The notes beneath the pieces were generated by a model, which searched no databases, was not told the origin of the DNA, and worked only from the letters and a program-made list of their open reading frames with translations. Source: Candidatus Eiseniibacteriota bacterium (GTDB lineage Bacteria; Eisenbacteria; RBG-16-71-46). From it: DNA of 64,000 bases. The DNA is taken from positions 32,001 through 96,000 of the forward strand of contig JBGPFC010000007.1 in NCBI GenBank assembly GCA_041483195.1. The letters run 5' to 3'. The first letter of the stretch is position 1, and each line of letters starts with the position of its first letter. Of this stretch, positions 36,610 through 46,177 are shown piece after piece. Position numbers and translations under genes: made by a program.

Positions 36610-37251
36610 TCAAACCGACGGAACGCGCCCGCCGAACGCATGCGACCACGCGTTCGCGCAGGCCACGCGCCCCCCGGCCGCGGCCCGCCGTGCGCCCGCC
36701 CGCAGCGCGAGGCGGATCTGCGCGCTCGAGGCTCCGAGGCGCGAGGCGCCGAGCAGGTGGCTCACGAGCTGACGCTCCCACCCGGTCGCGGCCAGCACCG
36801 CGACCGCGATCAGCTCGCGCGCGACGTCGCTCAAGCCTCCGCGCGACAGCACCCGGCCGTAGCCCTGCTCGATCATCCAGGCCGCGAGATCCGGGTGGAG
36901 CGCATCGACGTTGCGCCGCAGCTTCGGAAACGCGTCCCCGTAGACTCGGCGGCAGAGTCGCACGCCGCGGGCCCTCCAAGCTGCGGGCCCGCCCTCGCGC
37001 GTGCGCCGGGCGCGGCCGGGCCACGCCGCGTTGAGCGCCCGCGCGCCCTCGAGGGCGGCGGGATATCCCGCGTGCAGCACCAGCATGAGCGCGACCTCCT
37101 CGGCCGCGACGCGCGGGGCGCCCGCCCGGCGCGCGCGCGCGATCGCCCGCGTGGCGGAAGTCACGTCCCGCGCCGCCATCGCGCCCGCGAAGTCGCAGAG
37201 CGGAGCAAGCGCACGCGTCTCCGCGGCCCTCAATCCGCTTGACGCTCTCAT
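36610..37251 (-). CDS. Carboxymuconolactone decarboxylase (CMD/AhpD-like) family protein
   Basis: HAGYPAAL, GYGRVLSRGGL...RELIAV..L, QL.SH..GA...GA. Confidence 0.8.
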   Translation of the reverse strand: MRASSGLRAAETRALAPLCDFAGAMAARDVTSATRAIARARRAGAPRVAAEEVALMLVLHAGYPAALEGARALNAAWPGRARRTREGGPAAWRARGVRLCRRVYGDAFPKLRRNVDALHPDLAAWMIEQGYGRVLSRGGLSDVARELIAVAVLAATGWERQLVSHLLGASRLGASSAQIRLALRAGARRAAAGGRVACANAWSHAFGGRVPSV

Positions 37252-37315
37252 GGGGGTCCGACAGTATCGGCCGGCCGCGCCGCTCACAAGTCAATCCCCC
37301 GGACGGAGGGCTGCC

Positions 37316-38764
37316 GTGGATGAAATTCTGGATCGCGCGCTCAACACCGCTCAGCTCGCCGGCGCCACCTACGCCGACGCGCGGGTGGTGGATTCACGTT
37401 CGCAGATGATCGAGGTGAAGAACCGTCAGGTCGCCGCGCTCCAGGAGAGCGGCTCGATGGGGCTGGGCGTGCGGGTGATCGTGGACGGAGCATGGGGCTT
37501 CGCCTCCAGCGCGGACGTGACGCTGGACGAAGCCGAGCGCTGCGCCCGGCTGGCGGCGCGCATCGCGCGCGCGTCCGCGCGGGTGCGGACGGCGAAGATC
37601 GCGCTCGCTCCGGTCGCGCCCCGGGTCGCGCGCTGGACCACGCCGTTCACGATCGATCCGTTCGAGGTGCCGCTGGCCGACAAGATCGCCCTGCTGGTCG
37701 AGGCGACGGGCCTCATGGAAACGGAGAAGGCGGTCAAGGTCGCGCAGGGAAACATGCAGTTCTGGGAGGACGTCAAGCGGTTCGCGTCGAGCGAGGGCGC
37801 CCGCATCGAGCAGCGCATCGTGCATTCGGGTGCCGGCCTCACCGCGCTCGCGGTCGGCTCGGACGACCTGCAGGTGCGCTCCTACCCCAATTCGTTCGGA
37901 GGCCAGTACGAGTCGGCGGGCTACGAGCTGGTGCATCGCCTCGACCTCCCCGGACACGCGGCCGAGACCGCGGCGATGGCGGGCGCCCTGCTCGCCGCTC
38001 CGGTGTGCCCGGCGGGCGTGACCACCATCGTCCTCGACGGCACGCAGATGAGCCTGCAGCTGCACGAGTCGTGCGGGCACCCCACGGAGCTGGACCGCGC
38101 GCTGGGCCACGAGGCGAACTACGCGGGCACCTCGTTCCTCACTCCCGATCAGCTCGGCGCGTTGCGCTACGGCTCCGAGGTCGTGAACATCGTGACCGAC
38201 GCCACCACCCCGAGGGGGCTCGGCAGCTTCGGGTTCGACGACGAAGGGGTCGAGGCGCAGCGCGCCGACCTGGTGCGGGGTGGCCGCTTCGTCGGGTACC
38301 TCACCTCGCGGGAGACCGCCCCGCAGGTGGGGCTCCCATCGAACGGCACCATGCGCGCGGAGTCGTGGGCGCACATTCCACTGGTGCGCATGACCAACGT
38401 GAACCTGGAACCGGGAACCTGGAAGCTCGAGGACCTGATCGCGGGCACCGAAGACGGCATTCACATGATCACGAATCGTTCATGGTCCATCGACGACAAG
38501 CGCTTCAACTTCCAGTTCGGAACCGAGGTCGGATACGAGATCAAGCGGGGCAAGCGTGGCCGGCTCCTCAAGAACTGCACATACACCGGCATCACGCCCG
38601 AATTCTGGAACAAGTGCGACGCCGTATGCGACGCGTCCGACTGGGAGATCTGGGGCACCCCGAATTGCGGAAAGGGGCAACCGAGCCAGACCATGAGGAC
38701 CGGGCAGGGGGCTTCGTCCGCGCGTTTCCGCAACATCCAGGTGGGCGTGGGGGTGGGATCGTGA
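37316..38764 (+). CDS. tldD: TldD metalloprotease
   Basis: YADAR, GAWGFAS, HESCGH, FDDEG, RMTN, CGKGQP; RBS GGAGG. Confidence 0.93.
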   Translation: MDEILDRALNTAQLAGATYADARVVDSRSQMIEVKNRQVAALQESGSMGLGVRVIVDGAWGFASSADVTLDEAERCARLAARIARASARVRTAKIALAPVAPRVARWTTPFTIDPFEVPLADKIALLVEATGLMETEKAVKVAQGNMQFWEDVKRFASSEGARIEQRIVHSGAGLTALAVGSDDLQVRSYPNSFGGQYESAGYELVHRLDLPGHAAETAAMAGALLAAPVCPAGVTTIVLDGTQMSLQLHESCGHPTELDRALGHEANYAGTSFLTPDQLGALRYGSEVVNIVTDATTPRGLGSFGFDDEGVEAQRADLVRGGRFVGYLTSRETAPQVGLPSNGTMRAESWAHIPLVRMTNVNLEPGTWKLEDLIAGTEDGIHMITNRSWSIDDKRFNFQFGTEVGYEIKRGKRGRLLKNCTYTGITPEFWNKCDAVCDASDWEIWGTPNCGKGQPSQTMRTGQGASSARFRNIQVGVGVGS

Positions 38765-40164
38765 GCGGGGCGCCGCTGCACCGGACGCCGCTCGAGCAGG
38801 CGCGCACCGCGGAAGGTGTTCCGCTCGCGATCGAAGAGGCCCGCGGATTGCTGCGCGAGGCGCTCGGCATGGTGGGCGCCGATCACGCCGAGGCCATCCT
38901 CGAGGCGCACGATCACAGCCTCACGCGCTTCGCCAACAACGAGATCCATCAGAACGTCACCACCCGCGATCACATGCTCACCCTCAAGGTGGCGACCGGC
39001 AAGCGCCAGGGCGTGGCCTCCACCCACCGGCTCGATTCGACAGCGCTTCGGCAGCTCGCCGATCGTGCGCTCGCGATGGCGCGGCTCTCCCCCGAGGACC
39101 CCGATCTGCCGGAGCCCGCGCCCCCCGCCGAGTACACGACCCTTCCCGGCTACGTCGCGGAAACCGCGGCCTCGACGCCCGAATCGCGAGCGGATGCCGT
39201 GGAGCGGGTCACCCGTGCGGCAGCGGGGCGCGGCCTCAACGCGGCCGGCGCGCTCAGCACCTCGGCATCCGCGCTCGCGGTCGCGAACTCGCGCGGGCTG
39301 TTCGCGTACCAGCCCGAGACCTACGCGAACTTCACGTGCACCGTGCGCTCCGACACCTCGAGCGGCTGGGTGGATCGCCACCGCCGCGACGTGCGCGCCC
39401 TCGACGTCGAGGCCCAGGGCGCGATCGCGATCGAGAAGGCGGAGCGCTCGCGCGCGCCGCAGCCGATCGATCCCGGGCGCTACACGGTCGTGCTCGAACC
39501 CAACGCGGTCGCGGAGCTGGTGGCGTTTCTCGCGTCGCTCGGGCTCGGGGCGCAGGCCGAGATCGAAGGCCGCTCGTTCATGGGCGGGCGCATGGGCGAG
39601 CGCATCACCGGCGAACGCGCGACGCTGGTCGACGACGCGTCCGATCCCCGCGCGTTCGGCCGTCCGTTCGACGTCGAGGGCACGCCGCGCCAGCGCGTTT
39701 CGCTCATCGAGCGCGGGATCGCGCGCGGGGTCGTGCACGACCGGCGCACCGCCCGCAAGCTCGGGGCTTCGAGCACCGGCCACGCCTGCCCCCCTCCCGC
39801 GACCGAGGGCCCGCTCCCCTTCAGCCTGGTGCTCGAATCGGGTGAGGCGACGCTCGCCGATCTGATCGCGTCCACCGAGCGCGGGATCCTGGTCACGCGG
39901 TTCTGGTACAACCGCGTCGTGGATCCGCGCAAGACGCTCATCACCGGGATGACGCGCGACGGCACCTTCCTGATCGAGGGGGGCCGGATCGCCCGCGGAC
40001 TCCGCAATCTGCGCTTCAACGAGAGCGTGCTCGAGGTGCTCGCCCATGCCGAGGGGTTCGGCCGCGACGCCGAGCCAACGGTGTTCGACTACGTCGGGAA
40101 CTGCGTGGTCGTCCCCGCGCTCAAGGTGGCGAACTTCCGCTTCACCGGGGTGAGTCCGTTCTAG
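38761..40164 (+). CDS. pmbA: TldE/PmbA family protein
   Basis: TRFANN.IHQN, FDVEG, TGMTRDG, NLRFNES; no HExxxH; overlaps the tldD stop. Confidence 0.88.
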   Translation: MSGAPLHRTPLEQARTAEGVPLAIEEARGLLREALGMVGADHAEAILEAHDHSLTRFANNEIHQNVTTRDHMLTLKVATGKRQGVASTHRLDSTALRQLADRALAMARLSPEDPDLPEPAPPAEYTTLPGYVAETAASTPESRADAVERVTRAAAGRGLNAAGALSTSASALAVANSRGLFAYQPETYANFTCTVRSDTSSGWVDRHRRDVRALDVEAQGAIAIEKAERSRAPQPIDPGRYTVVLEPNAVAELVAFLASLGLGAQAEIEGRSFMGGRMGERITGERATLVDDASDPRAFGRPFDVEGTPRQRVSLIERGIARGVVHDRRTARKLGASSTGHACPPPATEGPLPFSLVLESGEATLADLIASTERGILVTRFWYNRVVDPRKTLITGMTRDGTFLIEGGRIARGLRNLRFNESVLEVLAHAEGFGRDAEPTVFDYVGNCVVVPALKVANFRFTGVSPF

Positions 40165-40171
40165 GCGACCC

Positions 40172-41356
40172 GTGCTCCTGACCCCGCCGCCAATCGAGGA
40201 GGCCCGCCAGAGCGCGCTGCACGCGATCTGGACCTTCCCATCGATCCTGGCCAGCGCATTCGTGGTCGGCTGGGGCGCCGAGGCCGCTCAATTCTTCGTG
40301 TCGCAGGGGCTGGCGCTCGCCCTGCTCGCGTGGATCCAGGTGCTGCCGGAGTTCGCGGTCGAAGCGGTGATCGCGTGGCACCGCAATATTCCTCTGATGA
40401 CCGCGAACTTCACCGGCGCGCTGCGACTGCTCACCGGCCTCGGGTGGCCGGTGATCTGGATCGTGTTCGCCGTCGCGCGCCGCCGCCGCGGAGAACGCGG
40501 CGCATGGGCGGCGATCGACCTCGACGAGGAGCACGCCGCCGAGATCGTGAGCCTCGTGCCCCCGCTCCTCTACTTCGCGTGGATCATCGTGAAGGGCACG
40601 CTCGACTGCTTCGACGCCGCGGTGCTGCTGGCGCTGTACGCCGGCTACCTCGTGATCCTCAACCGCATTCCGCCCAAGGAACACGAGGAGCTCGAGGACA
40701 TCGCGGCGGTGCCGCGCGCGGTGATCGGCTTCGCGCCGCGGTGGCGCGCGCTGGCGATCGTGAGCATGTTCGCGGCCGGGGCGACGCTGCTCTACCTCAC
40801 GGCCTCGCCATTCCTCACCAGCATGATCGGCCTCGCGAGCCTGCTCGGCGTCTCGCAGTTCGTCTTCGTGCAGTGGGTCGCGCCGTTTCTCTCGGAATTT
40901 CCGGAGTTCGTGACGACCTCGTACTGGGCGCGCAGCCGCGGCAAGGGCGGCATGGCGCTCATGAACATGGCGTCGTCGAACATCAACCAGTGGACGGTGC
41001 TCGCCGCCATGATCCCGATCGTCTACTCGATCTCGATCGGGCACGCGACGGCGGTCCCGCTCGCGCAACATCGCGTCGAGCTGCTGCTCACGCTGCTGCA
41101 GGGCATCCTCGGGGTCGTGCTGCTCGCCAATTTCAACTTTCAGGCGTACGAGGCGCTCGGCCTGTTCACGCTCTGGTTCGCGCAGTTCATGGTTCCGGAG
41201 TGGCGCGAGGAGATCATCTGGGTCTACGCGGCGTGGATCGCGATCGAGCTGCTCTCCACGCCCTTCCGGCGCGGACGCCTGCGGGCGTTCGGGGTGTTCC
41301 CCACGCTGTGGCACGTCGCGGCGCGGCGCGCGGCCGCCCGCGCCGGGCGCGGCTAG
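40172..41356 (+). CDS. Cation:calcium antiporter (CaCA family)
   Basis: Alpha repeats LPEFAVE..ANFTGA and SEFPEF..SSNINQWT; about 10 TM. Confidence 0.85.
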   Translation: MLLTPPPIEEARQSALHAIWTFPSILASAFVVGWGAEAAQFFVSQGLALALLAWIQVLPEFAVEAVIAWHRNIPLMTANFTGALRLLTGLGWPVIWIVFAVARRRRGERGAWAAIDLDEEHAAEIVSLVPPLLYFAWIIVKGTLDCFDAAVLLALYAGYLVILNRIPPKEHEELEDIAAVPRAVIGFAPRWRALAIVSMFAAGATLLYLTASPFLTSMIGLASLLGVSQFVFVQWVAPFLSEFPEFVTTSYWARSRGKGGMALMNMASSNINQWTVLAAMIPIVYSISIGHATAVPLAQHRVELLLTLLQGILGVVLLANFNFQAYEALGLFTLWFAQFMVPEWREEIIWVYAAWIAIELLSTPFRRGRLRAFGVFPTLWHVAARRAAARAGRG

Positions 41357-43086
41357 GGTTTCGGCCGCGAGGCGCGCACCGCGCGAATCTCCGGCACCCG
41401 CGGATCGTCCGGCCAGCGGCGCACGAAGGTGTCGGCCAGCGCGTCCGCGGCACCGAACTGCTCGCGCTCGGAGAGCGAGACCATGATCCCGTAGGCCGCT
41501 CCCGGCAGCGTATCGCCCAGCGCTCGCGCCCGGCGGAAGCTGCTTTCCGCCTCCGCCCAGCCTCCAGCGGCGAGTTGCATCTCGGCCTGCCGCATCAGCG
41601 CGGACTGGCCCCGCCCCCAGCGACGGAGGTGGCCGCGCTGGTCGAAGAGAAAGCACTCCGCGTCCCCGGCATCCGCGGGGATCGTCCTCGCGACCCCGCG
41701 GTAGACCGCCCCTGGCACGAACAGTCGAAGGGTCTCGCCCCCGCGCATCGCGCCTTCGAGCGGCATGTACGATCTGCGCGCTGCGAAGTCTTCGGCGCGG
41801 GTGGGCGCCCCGGTCGTCAGATCGAAGCGGCGCTCGGGCAGCGGGTTCACGAACACCACCCCGGTGCCGACCGGGAGCGCGGCCGCGCGCAGATCCGAGA
41901 TCGCGTTGCGCAGCAGCATCGCCTCGCGCATGGTCCGATCCACCGGCAGCGCATCGCGCGCGGCGCGTTCCCGCGTCGCGACGTTGCCGGCCTCGATCCA
42001 CGCGAAGGCCGCGAGTGCCGCGAGCGCGATCGCGGCCCCGAGCCGGCGGGGCAGACGCTCGATCAGCCCGCGACCGGCCATCGCGATCGCGAGCGCCCCG
42101 CCCGCCCACGGCAGGTACAGGTAGTACAGGTACGTGTGGTACGCGAGCGGCAGCACCGGAGCGATGAAGATCACCAGCCACAGCGCGCCGATTTCGGCAC
42201 CGCATCGGCTCGCGCGGCGCCCGCGCCACATGGCGATCCCCACGGCCACTGCGACCGGAAGGCCGACCCGCCACGCGTGAGGATCCATCGCGGCCATTGC
42301 GTCACGCACCGGATCGCGCAGGTCGACGCACCAGCGGAGATAGGTCGCCAGATTGAGCGCGAGGAATTCCGGCGCGAGCGTTCGTGCGTACGCCTCCGAT
42401 CCCGCGAAGCGATGCGCGGCGCCCGCCGCGAAGAACCACAGCACGAACAGCGCGGCGCCCGTGACCGACGGAACCAGCGCGCGCGCGGAAGGCTTCCAGA
42501 TCCGCGAGCGCCACTCGAGCAGCGCGGCCAGCGCGACCCACGCGAGCGCGGCCTCCTTCGCCAGGGCGGCGACCAGCGCGAGCGCCGCCGCCCCCCACAA
42601 CCCGGCGGCGCGGCCGGCGCGGCGCGCCTCGATGTGGAGCAGCGTCGCCGCCAGCACCAGCGAGGCCGATAGTAACTCGACGATCCCGGTCGCCCAGTGC
42701 AGCGGCGTGAAGGCGATCGACGAGACGCCGAACAGCAGCGCCGCGGCGCCCGCCTCGGCGCGACCGCCATCGAGCCGGCGCGCGATCGCGTAGAGCAGCG
42801 CGACCGCGATCAGGTGGAGTCCGAGATTGACTCCGTGATAGCCGAGCGGCGCGAGGCCGAAGCATGCGTACTCCGCACGAAACGCGAGGGTCTCGGACGC
42901 CGGGCGAAATTGCCAGACCGGGGGCACCAGGCCGGCCGCGCGCGAAAGAAACGTGACGTCATCCTGCGCGAACCAGGTCCCGGGCGCGCGCCGATAGGTC
43001 GCGATCGCGGCCAGCATGGGAATCCCCGCCGCGACCGCTTCGCGCCATCCGGTCCTCGTGACCGCTTCGCGTCGCGTGGTCGCCAC
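41353..43086 (-). CDS. GT-C-like membrane protein with C-terminal TPR
   Basis: QDD, FRP, YHGVNLGLH, AKE, YLYLP motifs; TPR-like end. Confidence 0.75.
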   Translation of the reverse strand: MATTRREAVTRTGWREAVAAGIPMLAAIATYRRAPGTWFAQDDVTFLSRAAGLVPPVWQFRPASETLAFRAEYACFGLAPLGYHGVNLGLHLIAVALLYAIARRLDGGRAEAGAAALLFGVSSIAFTPLHWATGIVELLSASLVLAATLLHIEARRAGRAAGLWGAAALALVAALAKEAALAWVALAALLEWRSRIWKPSARALVPSVTGAALFVLWFFAAGAAHRFAGSEAYARTLAPEFLALNLATYLRWCVDLRDPVRDAMAAMDPHAWRVGLPVAVAVGIAMWRGRRASRCGAEIGALWLVIFIAPVLPLAYHTYLYYLYLPWAGGALAIAMAGRGLIERLPRRLGAAIALAALAAFAWIEAGNVATRERAARDALPVDRTMREAMLLRNAISDLRAAALPVGTGVVFVNPLPERRFDLTTGAPTRAEDFAARRSYMPLEGAMRGGETLRLFVPGAVYRGVARTIPADAGDAECFLFDQRGHLRRWGRGQSALMRQAEMQLAAGGWAEAESSFRRARALGDTLPGAAYGIMVSLSEREQFGAADALADTFVRRWPDDPRVPEIRAVRASRPKP

Positions 43087-43090
43087 CGCG

Positions 43091-44680
43091 TCAGCGCGCG
43101 GACCATCGGTCGCGCATCGCGCGCGCCAGATCGCTCACGGCGGAGAGTTCTTCGACCCGCAGCCATCGCATCGCCGCGAACATCAGGACGATCGCGATCG
43201 CGAAACCGCCGCCGACGATCCCGAGCTCACGGGTCCAGCCCCCGTGCCATCGTTCCCCCAGCCAGAGCAGCGCGAACGCGCAGGGCGCGAGCCCGATCGC
43301 GGTGGCCGCGAGCACCCGCGTCAGGGTGCGCAGCATGCGCCGGCCCTCGAGCGGGCCGAGCCGGCGGCGCAGGTAGAAGCTCAGCTGGGCGAAATTCGCG
43401 ATCGCGGTCACCGAGGCGCTCAGCGCGAGCCCGTGGTGGCCGAGCGGCCGCATCAGGAGCAGGTTGAGCCCCAGGTTGAGCGCGACCGAAACGAAGCTCG
43501 CCTGCACCGGCTTGCGCGTGTCGCCCAGCGCGTAGAACGTGCGCGACATCACGCCGATCGCGGCGAATGCCGGGAGCCCGATGCAATACATCACCAGCGC
43601 GCCTGCGGTGCGCTCGGTGTCGAGCGCGTGAAAGCGCCCGTGCTCGTAGAGCAGCGCGATCACCGGGCGGCTCATGACCGCGAGCCAGAGCGCGGCGGGG
43701 ACGGTGAGCAGCAGCACCAGCCGCAGCGTGGCGGAGAGCGTCGTCTTGAGCCCCGCCATGTCGTTCGCGACCGCGGCCCGCGACAGCGCGGGCAGGCTCA
43801 CCGTCGCGAGCGCCACGCCGAACACGCCGATCGGGAGCTGCATGATGCGGAACGCGTACCACAGCCACGACACGCTCCCCTGCTGCAGGAGGCTCGCGAT
43901 CAGGGTGCTCACGAACAGGTTGAACTGGGTCGCGGCCAGCCCCACCGTGGCGGGCAACATCAGCCGCGCGACGCGCCCCACCCCGGGGTGCGCGCCCGGG
44001 CGCGCGAATCCGAAGTGGAATCCCTGCCGGCCCAGCGACGGCAGCTGCACCACGAACTGGAGCACCCCGCCGATCACCACCCCGATCGCCATGGCCAGGA
44101 TCGCGGGCTGTCCGGCCCGCTCGCACACCGGGATCAGCGCGACGCCGAACACCACCATGCCGAGGTTGAGCAGGGTGGGCGCGAGCGCCGGGACGCCGAA
44201 CACGCCTCGCGCGTTGAGCATTCCCATCGCCGCCGCGGCGAGCGCCACCGCCGGGAGAAACGGGAGCATCACGCGCGTGAGCAGGACCGTCAGGTCCAGC
44301 TTGCCCGGGATCGACGCGAATCCCGGGGCGAACCACCGCACCAGCAGCGGCGCCGCGACGTAGCCGGCCGCGCACAGCGCGAGCAGCACGACCAGCAGCG
44401 TCGTCATGAGGTGCCGCCCGAACGTCCAGGCCTCGGCCTCGCCGCGTTTCTCCAGGACCTCGGTGAAGGTGGGCACGAACGCCGACGACATCGCGCCTTC
44501 CGCGAACAGGTCGCGCAGCAGATTGGGAATGCGGAACGCCACGTTGAAGGCGTCGGTCGCGAGCCCCGCCCCGAACAGCGTGGCCATGACCTGTTCACGA
44601 ACCAGCCCCAGCACGCGCGAGAGCAGCGTGGCGATCCCGACCTTGCCGGCCTTGCGGGCGACCCGCCCTTCCTCACTCAT
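43091..44680 (-). CDS. murJ: Lipid II flippase MurJ
   Basis: SRVLGLVRE, AFRIPNLLRDLFAEGA, QLPIGVFG. Confidence 0.95.
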   Translation of the reverse strand: MSEEGRVARKAGKVGIATLLSRVLGLVREQVMATLFGAGLATDAFNVAFRIPNLLRDLFAEGAMSSAFVPTFTEVLEKRGEAEAWTFGRHLMTTLLVVLLALCAAGYVAAPLLVRWFAPGFASIPGKLDLTVLLTRVMLPFLPAVALAAAAMGMLNARGVFGVPALAPTLLNLGMVVFGVALIPVCERAGQPAILAMAIGVVIGGVLQFVVQLPSLGRQGFHFGFARPGAHPGVGRVARLMLPATVGLAATQFNLFVSTLIASLLQQGSVSWLWYAFRIMQLPIGVFGVALATVSLPALSRAAVANDMAGLKTTLSATLRLVLLLTVPAALWLAVMSRPVIALLYEHGRFHALDTERTAGALVMYCIGLPAFAAIGVMSRTFYALGDTRKPVQASFVSVALNLGLNLLLMRPLGHHGLALSASVTAIANFAQLSFYLRRRLGPLEGRRMLRTLTRVLAATAIGLAPCAFALLWLGERWHGGWTRELGIVGGGFAIAIVLMFAAMRWLRVEELSAVSDLARAMRDRWSAR

Positions 44681-44755
44681 CGCGCGGCGCACCTGCTCGA
44701 GCCGAGAGCGTCGCGCGCTGGTGGGGCGACGGGCCGCGTGCTAGCGTGCCGCGCC

Positions 44756-45547
44756 ATGTCGCCCTTCCAGGCCCTGGTGCTCGGTGCGATTCAGGGTGTC
44801 TCCGAGTTCCTCCCGATCTCGAGCAGCGCGCATCTGTACGTCGTGCCGGCCCTGCTCCACTGGGCTCCCCACGGTCTCGCGTTCGACGTCGCGCTGCACT
44901 GGGGAACGCTCGTAGCGCTGCTGGTCTGCTTCTGGCGGGACTGGTGGGAGCTGACCCGCGACGCGCTGGTGGGCTATGGCACGGCGCGCGCGCATGCCTG
45001 GTCGGTCTGGGCGCGGCTCGCCGCGGCCTCCGTCCCGGGCGCGATCGCCGGCGTGCTGCTCGATCCGTACGAGGACACGATGCTCCGTCACCTGCCGCTC
45101 CAGGCGGCGCTGCTCGCGCTGTTCGGGTTCCTGCTGTGGTGGGTGGATCGGGTGCGCCCCGCCGGGCGCGACGCGCGGATTCCGGGCTGGGGGGCCTGCA
45201 TGGCGATCGGCGCGGCGCAGTCGTTCGCGCTGGTCCCCGGGGTCTCCCGTTCCGGGATCACGATCACCACCGGTCGCGCGGTCGGCCTCACGCGCGTCTC
45301 CGCTGCGCGCTTCTCGTTCCTGCTGGCCACCCCGATCACGCTCGGGGCCGGCCTGCTCAAGCTGCGGCACTTCACGGCGGACGCCTCCGCCTCGACCCTC
45401 GCGATCGGAGTGATCGCGGCGGCACTGGTCGGCATCGTGGCGATCCAGGGGCTCATTCGATTCCTCGCCCGCGCGGGATTCGGCGTGTTCTTCGGCTACC
45501 GGGTGCTGCTCGCAGGGCTGATCCTGTGGCGGGTCCTGGCACGCTAG
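44756..45547 (+). CDS. uppP: Undecaprenyl-diphosphatase
   Basis: QGVSEFLPISSSAH, PGVSRSG.T, AARFSFLL. Confidence 0.95.
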   Translation: MSPFQALVLGAIQGVSEFLPISSSAHLYVVPALLHWAPHGLAFDVALHWGTLVALLVCFWRDWWELTRDALVGYGTARAHAWSVWARLAAASVPGAIAGVLLDPYEDTMLRHLPLQAALLALFGFLLWWVDRVRPAGRDARIPGWGACMAIGAAQSFALVPGVSRSGITITTGRAVGLTRVSAARFSFLLATPITLGAGLLKLRHFTADASASTLAIGVIAAALVGIVAIQGLIRFLARAGFGVFFGYRVLLAGLILWRVLAR

Positions 45548-45562
45548 CGGCGCGGGGACTCG

Positions 45563-46177
45563 TCAGCGCCCGCGATCGCGGCGCGTGAGGCGATCGTTGA
45601 AATATCGATTGAGCCGGTCGCGCAGCTGGATGCGCGCGCGATGCAGGCGCGACTTCACCGCCGCCACCGAGACCTCGAGGATGTCGGCCACCTCGGAGTT
45701 CGAGAGCCCCTGCTCGTCGCGCATCACGAACACCGTGCGCAATTCCTCGGGAAGCAGCGCCTTGCCCTCCTCCATGACCTCGCGCGTCTCGGCGTCGAGC
45801 AGTTCCTCGGGCGGCTGCTTGGACCAGTCCTGCAGCTGGAGGGTTTCCGCGTCGGCGTTCGCGCTCTGCGACTGCTCGAACGAGACGTGATTCGCGCGGC
45901 GCTTGCGGTACTTCATGAGGCTGGCGTTGGTGGTGATCCGGTACAGCCATGTCGAAAACGTCGACTCGGCCTTGAAGTTCCTGAGCCCGCGAAACGCGGA
46001 GAGAAACGCGTCCTGCTGCGCCTCGGAGGCGTCGTCCTCGTTGCGCAGGATCTTGAACGAGAGCCGGTACACCCGGTCGCGGTAGCGCCGCACCAGCTCG
46101 TCGAATCCGCGCGTGTCGCCGTCCTGCGCGAAGCGCACCAGGACCTCGTCGGTCTGGGCGTGATAGTCGGTCGTCAA
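45563..46177 (-). CDS. ECF (sigma-70 family) RNA polymerase sigma factor
   Basis: FDELVRRY, STFSTWLYRI, region 4 (GLSNSEVA...VKSRLHRAR); RBS GGAGG before TTG. Confidence 0.92.
   Translation of the reverse strand: MTTDYHAQTDEVLVRFAQDGDTRGFDELVRRYRDRVYRLSFKILRNEDDASEAQQDAFLSAFRGLRNFKAESTFSTWLYRITTNASLMKYRKRRANHVSFEQSQSANADAETLQLQDWSKQPPEELLDAETREVMEEGKALLPEELRTVFVMRDEQGLSNSEVADILEVSVAAVKSRLHRARIQLRDRLNRYFNDRLTRRDRGR

Noticed and set aside
43016..44755. Apparent long N-terminal fusions to uppP (similarly thrC, nfeD, tldD, pmbA, dcd, moaB)
   Set aside because: Extensions overlap neighbouring real genes; true starts are supported by SD, -10 motifs or stop-start coupling.
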